A stretch of DNA of 64,000 nt from a virus. Lineage: Duplodnaviria > Caudoviricetes. This document shows positions 19,482 to 27,393 of the stretch, one piece after another; positions within the stretch are counted from its first letter, which is position 1; each line of letters opens with the position of its first letter. The DNA lies in IMG/VR virus record IMGVR_UViG_3300022377_000098, positions 1 through 64,000 of that record; one strand, written 5' to 3'. Below the pieces are notes generated by a model. It saw only the letters and a list, made by a program, of their open reading frames with translations. It was not told the DNA's origin and made no database searches. Position numbers and translations under genes: made by a program.

Positions 19482-20297
19482 TTATGGCAGATAGTCGCCT
19501 TTCCCTACTGTACTTTCTGGCTCGCGGTATTTATATCTTCCTTCATTTTCTTTGACAGCTGTTTCACATAAATCGAGCACCTTGTCCTTTGAAAAATGAT
19601 AAATTAACGTGTTTCCCGTTCGCTCTTTGGGGTAAAATGACCTGTCAAAATAGATATCAACGACTTTTCTTTCCACTCCTCCAAGTTGTTTGTTCAGCAA
19701 ATCAATTCTTTCTTCTGGAATCTCGGAATGCTCTTCTGCAAAGGTTTCCTTGTACCTTTTGAAAAAGTATTGTATTGTATCACATATAAACGGATTATTA
19801 ACTTTTCCACGTTGAAAACCACTTTGAGTCGGCGATACTAATCTAGCGCTTTCCTGACCTATACTATACTTTTCTTTCCTAACCTGACCTATACTTACCT
19901 TACCTGTGTCCGACGTTTGTAATACACTTTGTCCACATGAAGTATTTCCACTATTTAGCAATTCATAAGACTTGGCGCTTGTCTCTGTCAACAGTGATTT
20001 TTCATCAAGGTATTGTGTTTCATTATATCGTCCTGGATTTATATAATTGTGCACTTTCCAGTGACGAATAACACACACTCCGCTTTCAAACGGAATCAGG
20101 TATTTTTTTGAAATCAGCAATTTTATATCATCATCACTTGCCCCAACCATTCGAGTGATTTTTTTAGGACTGCCTACAAAACCATCATCATCTGCACGAA
20201 CCAACAAATCATAATACAAAAGTCTGGATGTCACAGGCATATCAAGGAAATTGTCTGTATCTACTATACGCTTTGAAACCATCCTGCGTTCAGCCAT
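19482..20297 (-). CDS. Phage replication initiation (replisome organiser) protein
   Basis: MAERRM.SK.I.DTD.FLDMP....LYY.L...ADDDGFV N-terminus. Confidence 0.85.
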   Translation of the reverse strand: MAERRMVSKRIVDTDNFLDMPVTSRLLYYDLLVRADDDGFVGSPKKITRMVGASDDDIKLLISKKYLIPFESGVCVIRHWKVHNYINPGRYNETQYLDEKSLLTETSAKSYELLNSGNTSCGQSVLQTSDTGKVSIGQVRKEKYSIGQESARLVSPTQSGFQRGKVNNPFICDTIQYFFKRYKETFAEEHSEIPEERIDLLNKQLGGVERKVVDIYFDRSFYPKERTGNTLIYHFSKDKVLDLCETAVKENEGRYKYREPESTVGKGDYLP

Positions 20298-20302
20298 TCA
20301 TA

Positions 20303-20500
20303 TCATACCTCCTTTAAAATTTCAGTAACATCCACACCCAGCACATCCGCAATCTTTCCGATTGTGGACGGCTTTGCTTTTCCGTCCTTGGCCGCCCGGA
20401 TTAGCGTCGGGTAGCAAATGCCCGCCTGTTCAGCTAACGCTTTCGGGTCTATGCATTTCCTCGCCATTGCAATTTCAAGTTTTGACTTGTCCAATTTCAT
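20303..20500 (-). CDS. Cro-like HTH protein
   Basis: 65 aa, divergent from the repressor; HTH pattern. Confidence 0.8.
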   Translation of the reverse strand: MKLDKSKLEIAMARKCIDPKALAEQAGICYPTLIRAAKDGKAKPSTIGKIADVLGVDVTEILKEV

Positions 20501-20672
20501 TTGAATTACCTCAATTTTAAATAAATTATTGATTATATCACGCGGTGATGCATAAGATTTATCTTATGAACATATAATATCATAAGTATTTTATTGTGTC
20601 AATAGAAAAAACAAGATTTTTCTTTTGTTTTGCGAGAAAATCTGTTACTATATGTTCAGGAGGTGTTTATCA

Positions 20673-21143
20673 TTGACTTCTGGTGAAAAGATGCGCACGC
20701 TACGCATTGAAAAAAAATTAACACAAAAACAATTAGGGGAACGATTAGGAATATCGCAGTCCGCAGTTGGTCAACTGGAAAACAGTAAAAGGCCTATACG
20801 AATTGACACATTAGAAAAAGTATCTGCCGCTCTAGAAGTTCCAATTGTCCGCCTTTACGATGATGTGATGCTTTCCGAATGGGACAAACAATATGAGGAC
20901 ACAGAAAAGTATATATTTGAAATGTACCGAGAAATATGCTCATATTTAGACACATATGCCGAGGATGCTATTTCAAACGTTTTTGAACAAGAAACACTGC
21001 GGTGCATTTCTCAAAAATCTGGGATGCTTACGAACCAGCGCGAAGTTGATAGATTTATTGAAAAATATTCAAACTTTTTTCAGTCCAATGCTATAAACCA
21101 GTGCCATTCCTCAACAGATGACGCAAGTAATAACAACCCATAA
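20673..21143 (+). CDS. CI-like XRE repressor
   Basis: LR.EKKLTQKQLG..LGISQSAV.Q.E motif; AGGAGG RBS before TTG at 20673. Confidence 0.85.
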   Translation: MTSGEKMRTLRIEKKLTQKQLGERLGISQSAVGQLENSKRPIRIDTLEKVSAALEVPIVRLYDDVMLSEWDKQYEDTEKYIFEMYREICSYLDTYAEDAISNVFEQETLRCISQKSGMLTNQREVDRFIEKYSNFFQSNAINQCHSSTDDASNNNP

Positions 21144-21353
21144 TATAAAAAGTACAACTTAACTTTTCATCAGCATCTTTGGGGAAAGGTCTTAGAAGCT
21201 GTTTCTCGTAATAAGCTTTTATTTTATTAATATAATAAACAGATAAAATTTGCAACGACATAAAAGCACATTTGCACATATAAACAATAATCAACTACAA
21301 CGTTCTGTAACATTTTGTTGAAATTAAATCAATTTCATGGAGGGATTGCTAAA

Positions 21354-22568
21354 ATGCCAAAGCGTAACGCTCCGGGCGCGGGAACCATACGGAAGCGGCC
21401 TAACGGCTCATGGGAAGCGCGCTTCACTGTTGGACGTGACCCCGGTACCGGAAAGCAGATACAAAAAAGCGTTTACGGAAGAACGCAAAAAGAAGTCCGT
21501 CAGAAACTTTCTAAGGCCACTGCTAGTATTGACGCGGGCATTTATAAAGAACCATCACGCCTGACCTTTGGGGAATGGCTGGACATCTGGACGGAAAATT
21601 ATTGTCTGAATGTAAAGCCCCGCACGCTTCAAAGCTATAAGAGTTCCTGCGCCTACCGAATAAAGCCCGCTCTTGGCGCTGTACAGCTTAAAAAGCTTAA
21701 ACCGCCGATTATTCAAAAGTTTATCAATGATGGCCTACAGGGCAATCTAGCAGGGCGTAAAGGCTCACTAAAGAATCGCCGGTCAGATGACAGCGCCGCG
21801 CTTGTCCCCTTGTCTGAGAAAACTATGCGGAATCTGTACGGCGTTATTCATAAGGCTTTAGAGCAGGCTGTTGCCGTGGGATACATTCCGGTTAATCCAG
21901 CCAGCGGCTGTACACTGCCACGCAAAACGAAACCGGAAATCAATCCGCTGGATGAACAGCAGACACGGGATTTTCTGCAAGTCATTCAAGAGGATGACTA
22001 TGAACTTGTTTTTAAAGTAGACTTATTCACCGGCCTGCGGGAAGGTGAAATTATTGGCTTGCCATGGGATGCTGTGGATTTTGAAACTGGAACAATACGG
22101 ATTTATCAACAGTTGCAGAATCAAGGCAAAGCCGGTTTTCACTTTGCACCGCCCAAAAACTCAAAAGAGCGCATTATTACTCCGGCACCTTTTGTTATGG
22201 AACTGCTGCGGCAGCAAAGAGCCATACAAAACCAATGGAAGCTGATTGCCGGTTCAGCTTGGGAAAATTCCGGTTTAGTTTTTACAAATCAATTAGGCGG
22301 TCATCTGTACGGCGCAACAATTTACAGACACCTGAAAGAAGCGGCGGCAGCTATCGGTTATCCAACACTCCGCTTCCACGACTTACGGCACACCTATGCA
22401 GTTGCCTCTATTCGGGCGGGTGATGACATCAAAACCATATCTGAAAATCTCGGTCATGCAACGGTCGCTTTCACATTAGACGTTTATGCCCATGTTACAG
22501 CCGACATGAGAAAAAGCAGCGCCCAGCGGATGCAAAACTATATCAACAGAATTTGCGCAACAAAATAA
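21354..22568 (+). CDS. Tyrosine integrase
   Basis: Arm-binding N-terminus G.G.IRKR.NG.WE.R; catalytic R (TGLREGE), H-x-x-R (FHDLRH), H (LGH) and Y motifs. Confidence 0.95.
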   Translation: MPKRNAPGAGTIRKRPNGSWEARFTVGRDPGTGKQIQKSVYGRTQKEVRQKLSKATASIDAGIYKEPSRLTFGEWLDIWTENYCLNVKPRTLQSYKSSCAYRIKPALGAVQLKKLKPPIIQKFINDGLQGNLAGRKGSLKNRRSDDSAALVPLSEKTMRNLYGVIHKALEQAVAVGYIPVNPASGCTLPRKTKPEINPLDEQQTRDFLQVIQEDDYELVFKVDLFTGLREGEIIGLPWDAVDFETGTIRIYQQLQNQGKAGFHFAPPKNSKERIITPAPFVMELLRQQRAIQNQWKLIAGSAWENSGLVFTNQLGGHLYGATIYRHLKEAAAAIGYPTLRFHDLRHTYAVASIRAGDDIKTISENLGHATVAFTLDVYAHVTADMRKSSAQRMQNYINRICATK

Positions 22569-22632
22569 CCCTTAACTCAAATCGAACTCATGCATGTGAC
22601 TATATCGCACAAAAGCCAGTAGAAAATCGACA

Positions 22633-23541
22633 GTGATGCAGAAAGAAGTGATGATTTTGTCAAATGAAAAAGAGGTAAAAGAAACTATTCACGCTGAAGG
22701 AACCGATATTTCTGTAATTTCCTTTACTGATGGCAGGGACGATTATATATGTTTGACCGATTTAGCAAGACACCGTAATCATGAATTTCCTGCTGATGTA
22801 GTGAAAAACTGGATGAGACTTAGGAGTACTGTTGAATATCTCGGTCTTTGGGAAAAATTAAATAATGCTGATTTTAAACTGGTCGAATTCGACCAGTTTA
22901 AAACTGCCTGTGGCTCAAACGCTTTTGTTCTCTCCCCTCAAAAGTGGATTAAAGAAACAAATGCCATCGGTATGATTTCTAAATCAGGAAGGTACGGCGG
23001 CGGTACTTATGCCCATAAAGATATAGCCTTTGAATTTGCGTCATGGTTATCCCCTGAATTCAAATTGTATGTTATCAGGGACTATCAGCGGCTAAAGCAA
23101 GATGAAAATCATAGGCTGTCGCTTGACTGGAATGTAAAGCGCATTTTATCGAAAGCAAACTATCGCATTCACACAGATGCCATCAAAGAAAATCTAATTC
23201 CGCCCGAATTAACCCCAAAACAACAGGGATTTATTTATGCAGATGAAGCAGAAGTTTTGAATGTTGCCATTTTCAATAAAACTTCTAAACAATGGAGAGC
23301 AGAGAATCCGGAAAATACTGGGAATATACGTGATTACGCGTCAATAGAACAACTTCTTGTTTTGTCAAATCTGGAAAGCATGAACGCCTACTTAATGGAA
23401 CAAAAAGTTGACCAAGCTGAACGGCTGCGCAGGCTTCGCTCAATGGCTGCAGACCAACTGACAAGGCTAACTGGAAATAAAAGTATAGACACACTCAAGA
23501 AACTTCATGACAATCTGAAACTTCCCGGTATGGACAAATAA
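22633..23541 (+). CDS. KilA-N domain DNA-binding protein
   Basis: DYICLTDLAR, NWMR...T.E.LG.WE, GRYGGGTYAHKDIAFEFASW motifs. Confidence 0.85.
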   Translation: MMQKEVMILSNEKEVKETIHAEGTDISVISFTDGRDDYICLTDLARHRNHEFPADVVKNWMRLRSTVEYLGLWEKLNNADFKLVEFDQFKTACGSNAFVLSPQKWIKETNAIGMISKSGRYGGGTYAHKDIAFEFASWLSPEFKLYVIRDYQRLKQDENHRLSLDWNVKRILSKANYRIHTDAIKENLIPPELTPKQQGFIYADEAEVLNVAIFNKTSKQWRAENPENTGNIRDYASIEQLLVLSNLESMNAYLMEQKVDQAERLRRLRSMAADQLTRLTGNKSIDTLKKLHDNLKLPGMDK

Positions 23542-23575
23542 AGCCCCGGCCGTTATGGTCGGGGCTTCTTTTTAC
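23542..23575 (+). terminator. Terminator after the KilA-N gene
   Basis: AGCCCCGGCC-loop-GGTCGGGGCT followed by a T-run. Confidence 0.7.
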
Positions 23576-23659
23576 CTGCAAAGGGTAAGTTAAAGGGTAA
23601 GCGCATTCCAATAGATATAAAAATAGCCCCGCAGGGTGCATTCCTACGGGGTTTTCCTT

Positions 23660-23707
23660 TGGAGCAGAAGACGGGAATCGAACCCGCATGACCAGCTTGG
23701 GAAGCTG
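23660..23707 (-). pseudogene. 3' half of tRNA-Gly(CCC); att junction between the two prophages
   Basis: CAGCTTCCCAAGCTGGTCATGCGGGTTCGATTCCCGTCTTCTGCTCCA; the 5' half (GCAGAAG, D arm) is missing. Confidence 0.88.
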
Positions 23708-23845
23708 TGCAATAATGGCTTACCTATGCGGAAATATTGTATTTTGACGCACCGGCTGACTCACCTATCTGTTTTTCTATTATAGTCCTGTTAAGCCAAG
23801 CAATCAACACATTACCAATTTTTTTAAAATATTTTGCAAAACCTA

Positions 23846-23874
23846 TTGACTTTTTATAGCCAAAAGGTTATAAT
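23846..23874 (+). promoter_or_regulatory. Sigma-A-type promoter
   Basis: TTGACT-N17-TATAAT upstream of 23909. Confidence 0.7.
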
Positions 23875-23908
23875 ATATACATAAGATAAAGCAAAGGAAG
23901 TAATCAAA

Positions 23909-24286
23909 ATGAAAGCAAAAGTGATGTATCGCAATAAGCATGAGCGTAACAACATGTTTTTTACGCTCAATCAGATTCTTGCAGCGGATAAAAAACAGTT
24001 CTTGTCTGATATTAGAGAGGGACAATATAACGATGATGTCGAATCAGAAATGGCAACAAAGAATTGTGATCATGAAACGGCAGTAAAAAATATCCTTGAT
24101 TCCATGCTTGAAAACGATATTATTACAGATGACTTTGAACAAGTAATTGTTGATGAAAGCAAAACAAATGTTTTGTGTGATGAATTTGAAGATGATGGCA
24201 CGCCAATTTATCCCGCTGATTCTGAAATCAAAAAAGCAGATGACAATGACACGCTTGAAATCGTTGATTTAACGGTCGAAGAATAA
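23909..24286 (+). CDS. Hypothetical acidic protein (moron)
   Basis: 125 aa ORF with its own promoter. Confidence 0.7.
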   Translation: MKAKVMYRNKHERNNMFFTLNQILAADKKQFLSDIREGQYNDDVESEMATKNCDHETAVKNILDSMLENDIITDDFEQVIVDESKTNVLCDEFEDDGTPIYPADSEIKKADDNDTLEIVDLTVEE

Positions 24287-24413
24287 ATCTCTATGTTGTG
24301 TATGGAAATTTGAAATGTAGGCTAAAAATATTGTAGGTCAGACTTTTGGCGATGTTTTGGTACTTTCGCTGGAGAAGAAGCTGTGCTAACAGGCTATACG
24401 GGCGGGTGAAAAA

Positions 24414-25073
24414 ATGAATGATATTATTGGGAAACGTTTTGGCAAACTTACGGTTATCAAAGATAGCGGTCAACGTTATAACAAAAAAATACTGTATCTT
24501 TGCAAATGCGATTGTGGCGGGGAAAAACTGGCAATGTCGTTTCAACTAAAACGAGGACTCATAAAAAGTTGCGGTTGTTTACAGCATGAAAAATCAAACG
24601 ATCTTATTGGAAAACGCTTTGGAAGCTTGGTTGTAATAAAGTGTGCTGGATCCCAAGGGAAAAATGCAAAATATCTTTGCAAATGTGATTGCGGGAATAC
24701 TTGTACGGTTTTAAGAGGCTCTCTGCTGTCAGGAGACACGCAAAGTTGCGGATGCCTTAAAAAGTCAGTTTTTGATACTAAAAAATTGCATGAGTTAGCT
24801 GGGTTTAAAGATGGTTCGTCTGCTAGTATGTTCGCTAGCAAAAAAATTTCAGTGGCAAACACATCCGGATATCGTGGCGTGACATGGGACGCCGACCGAA
24901 ATGTGTGGAAAGCTCAAATAAAGTATAGGGGTAAAACTTATTTTCTTGGGCGATATCCAGATAAACAAAGCGCAGAGCATGCACGGCTGGATGCGGAAGA
25001 AAAAATTGGAATCAATTCGTTTGTGGAATGGTATAAGGAATTCAAGAAAGGACAAAAGGGGAATGGAAATTAA
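24414..25073 (+). CDS. AP2-domain protein with two Cys-rich GKRFG..CKCDCG..SCGC repeats
   Basis: NTSGYRGV.W.....W.AQI...GK..FLG.Y AP2 motif; repeats as seen in HNH-AP2 endonucleases, but no HNH core is visible. Confidence 0.75.
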   Translation: MNDIIGKRFGKLTVIKDSGQRYNKKILYLCKCDCGGEKLAMSFQLKRGLIKSCGCLQHEKSNDLIGKRFGSLVVIKCAGSQGKNAKYLCKCDCGNTCTVLRGSLLSGDTQSCGCLKKSVFDTKKLHELAGFKDGSSASMFASKKISVANTSGYRGVTWDADRNVWKAQIKYRGKTYFLGRYPDKQSAEHARLDAEEKIGINSFVEWYKEFKKGQKGNGN

Positions 25074-25518
25074 AGATTTGCTCCGCAATATGAGAACAGC
25101 GCATGGCTGGACGACAACGGAAATCGCCCAAAAAGCAGGCATGGCACAGTCCACATACTCCCGTCTGGAAAACGGCGGGCGTGTACCAAAACCTGCAACC
25201 CTGTCAAAAATAGCTGCCGCTTACGGCTTGCCTGACAATTATTTTACGTTTGAAATAGCGCGACAGCAGAGCGACACAGCGCAGTTTGGCGATACAAACA
25301 ATGCTGTATTTGCGCAAATACCAGATACTCTCGCCAGTTTCTTAACATCAGACAAGCTGACAGAGGTTGCAGATTGCATTAATGCAGCTTATCACAGAGG
25401 CAAGGCCGATGCGGGCGCGGAAATGATTGACAGTAATTGTGTGTATATTAACTCAACCGGTCGCATGATCGAGTGGGATAAAAATTTTGTTCCAAAATTT
25501 ATTGATGAAAAGAGATAG
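25063..25518 (+). CDS. XRE-family HTH protein
   Basis: LR..R...GWT..EIA.KAG..QSTYSRLENG motif; ends in TAG. Confidence 0.75.
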   Translation: MEIKDLLRNMRTAHGWTTTEIAQKAGMAQSTYSRLENGGRVPKPATLSKIAAAYGLPDNYFTFEIARQQSDTAQFGDTNNAVFAQIPDTLASFLTSDKLTEVADCINAAYHRGKADAGAEMIDSNCVYINSTGRMIEWDKNFVPKFIDEKR

Positions 25519-25819
25519 AAAGGTAATGAAAGAAATTAATCGTACGCAAGTGCTTGAAACGCTAGAAAAAGCTTTGCTGTAATAATCGAAGATGAAGATT
25601 TGGAAGGATATCTTGATAGAGCCATTGACGGAGTGTAAAATAGCATTTGCACAGCGAAAAAAGTGCTAAACCCTCTTGACAAACGTTTTTGCAGAGTGTA
25701 TTATATGTTTGTCAGGAGGGAAACCTCCCGTGGATTGAAATTTTGTCATATAGTGCAATGTTAATGTACTGTACGGAAAAGTCCCCGACTTACCAATTAA
25801 AAGGTAGGCCAGGGATTTT

Positions 25820-25966
25820 TTATTTCAATTTACTTTTCTGTCTGTCGTTCAGTTCTGCCCGCTTCGCGTTGTTCCAGCGGTCGGTGGTGCCAACCAAATA
25901 CCCGGTGATTCGCCGTATGCGGTCAAACTTAACACCCTTGCCAACCATGCCGTTTGCTGATTTCAC
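25820..25966 (-). CDS. Small protein resembling the NrdD C-terminal peptide
   Basis: VGKGVKFDRIRRITGYLVGT.DRWNNAKRAE..DR; coupled to the holin stop codon. Confidence 0.6.
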   Translation of the reverse strand: MKSANGMVGKGVKFDRIRRITGYLVGTTDRWNNAKRAELNDRQKSKLK

Positions 25967-26232
25967 GCTTGCCCACCAGATTTCGGATTGCTGTACTGCA
26001 ATGCCTGCGTACTGTCAGACACCCCGGCAGTAGTCGGGTCATTCACCACGCCAAGCAGCGTCAGCAGACCAAACACAGTGCCTACAATCGCCAATAGCTG
26101 ATTGCTCAGCCCCGCAAAGTCAACGGTAACGCCGAATAGCTGTAACACCTGCGCAACCAGCAGCAACAGTGCGGGGATAGCAGTTACCCAAAAAGCCTTG
26201 TTTTTGATTCGTACAGTCCAATTAATTTTCAT
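25963..26232 (-). CDS. Phage holin
   Basis: MKINW.VR.KNK.FW, two hydrophobic segments, LGVV.DPTT.G.SDS..AL.Y motif. Confidence 0.9.
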   Translation of the reverse strand: MKINWTVRIKNKAFWVTAIPALLLLVAQVLQLFGVTVDFAGLSNQLLAIVGTVFGLLTLLGVVNDPTTAGVSDSTQALQYSNPKSGGQA

Positions 26233-26247
26233 TATGTATTACCTCCA

Positions 26248-26520
26248 TTATTTTAATTCGTCAAGTCGGTGGTGCGCTTGTTTGGCAGAACTTTCTACCG
26301 CGGTCAATCGTTCGCCATGCTCATTCAGAGTTGCATTGATTTTTACAAGTTCTGCCGTTGTACCTGACACGCTGGATTTGATATCATCCAGTTTTGTATT
26401 TACCGTACCTTTCCACTCGCCGTCATTCGTCAGCTTTTTGTCCCGCCCACTAAGCCAGCCCGCCAAACCCACAAAACAGCCGACTACTGCAATCAGCAGT
26501 CCAATATCTATTGCACCCAT
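26248..26520 (-). CDS. Lysis-module membrane-anchored coiled-coil protein
   Basis: N-terminal hydrophobic helix; ER...VE.S.KQAH.R.D C-terminus. Confidence 0.7.
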   Translation of the reverse strand: MGAIDIGLLIAVVGCFVGLAGWLSGRDKKLTNDGEWKGTVNTKLDDIKSSVSGTTAELVKINATLNEHGERLTAVESSAKQAHHRLDELK

Positions 26521-26524
26521 CACA

Positions 26525-27376
26525 TCATACCACCTTAAAAACAAAAATCTTTTTGCCGCCTACAAAGATACCCGCCGCGCCACGCCGCTTGCCGGTCAGC
26601 TTGAAAAAATAGTCCCGGCCAGATGCGCCTGTTCGAGTAATATCCACAATAGACCCGTTGCCCGCAGTCACAGCAGGGCATCCAGCAGCGCAGGTCAGCT
26701 TGACGGTGTAAGACTGCCCGACCGGCTTTGCCACGTCCATTGTGGTATCAGAACGCACAGCGGCAGATGCAGGAGCATACCGCAGCGTCGGCTTTGGTGC
26801 GGCAGGCACAGCAATGGGAACGCCGAAATACTTGCAGATGCCCACATAGATTCCGCGCGCGTACTTGTCCGCATTCCAGCCATTCATGTCAGTCGGGTTG
26901 TCGATAAATCCGCATTCCACAAGGCAAGCGGGCATATTTGTTTCGCGAATTACGCAAATCCAATCCCTGCCACCGTCACCGATTTTGGTTTTAACCGGTT
27001 CACCGTGTGCGGGCATACCGGTTGCGGCTTGCACTGCATTCTGAATATTCGTCGCAAGGGTAGTTGACTTTCCACCTGCAACACTGCGATAGGTTTCCAC
27101 TCCATGCCCATGTCCGGCATTCAGATGGATGGACACAAAAATGTCTGCACCCCATGCGTTTGCTTCGGCGGCACGTCTGCCAAGGTCTGCGTTAGGGTTG
27201 CTGTCATTTGGTGTGTGGTTGGAACTGCGGCTCATTTTGCAGTCGAAATATTTGCTCGGCAGGAGGGCGCACACGCGCTTTGCAACGTCCAATGCACAAT
27301 CTGCTTCACGTTTCCCGCACCCAGTCGCGCCGCTGTCATAGCCACCGTGTCCGGGGTCTAAATATACTTTTGCCAT
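26525..27376 (-). CDS. Endolysin, N-acetylmuramoyl-L-alanine amidase (Amidase_3)
   Basis: LDPGHGG.D.GA, E, SIH.NAG, PACLVECGFIDN motifs. Confidence 0.92.
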   Translation of the reverse strand: MAKVYLDPGHGGYDSGATGCGKREADCALDVAKRVCALLPSKYFDCKMSRSSNHTPNDSNPNADLGRRAAEANAWGADIFVSIHLNAGHGHGVETYRSVAGGKSTTLATNIQNAVQAATGMPAHGEPVKTKIGDGGRDWICVIRETNMPACLVECGFIDNPTDMNGWNADKYARGIYVGICKYFGVPIAVPAAPKPTLRYAPASAAVRSDTTMDVAKPVGQSYTVKLTCAAGCPAVTAGNGSIVDITRTGASGRDYFFKLTGKRRGAAGIFVGGKKIFVFKVV

Positions 27377-27393
27377 TATGTATCAGCCTCCAA

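Larger units (their letters stand above)
29..23682. mobile_element. Prophage 1 (23.6 kb, compact siphovirus-like, lysis-less)
   Basis: Flanked by the 26-bp direct repeat CTTTGGAGCAGAAGACGGGAATCGAA (29-54 and 23657-23682). Contains integrase, CI/Cro, Rep, terminase, portal, capsid and tail genes. Confidence 0.9.

Noticed and set aside
23660-23707. Functional tRNA-Gly(CCC)
   Set aside because: The 5' acceptor strand and D arm are absent; it is an att remnant.
26102-27067. 321-aa plus-strand ORF
   Set aside because: Antisense shadow of the lysis genes.
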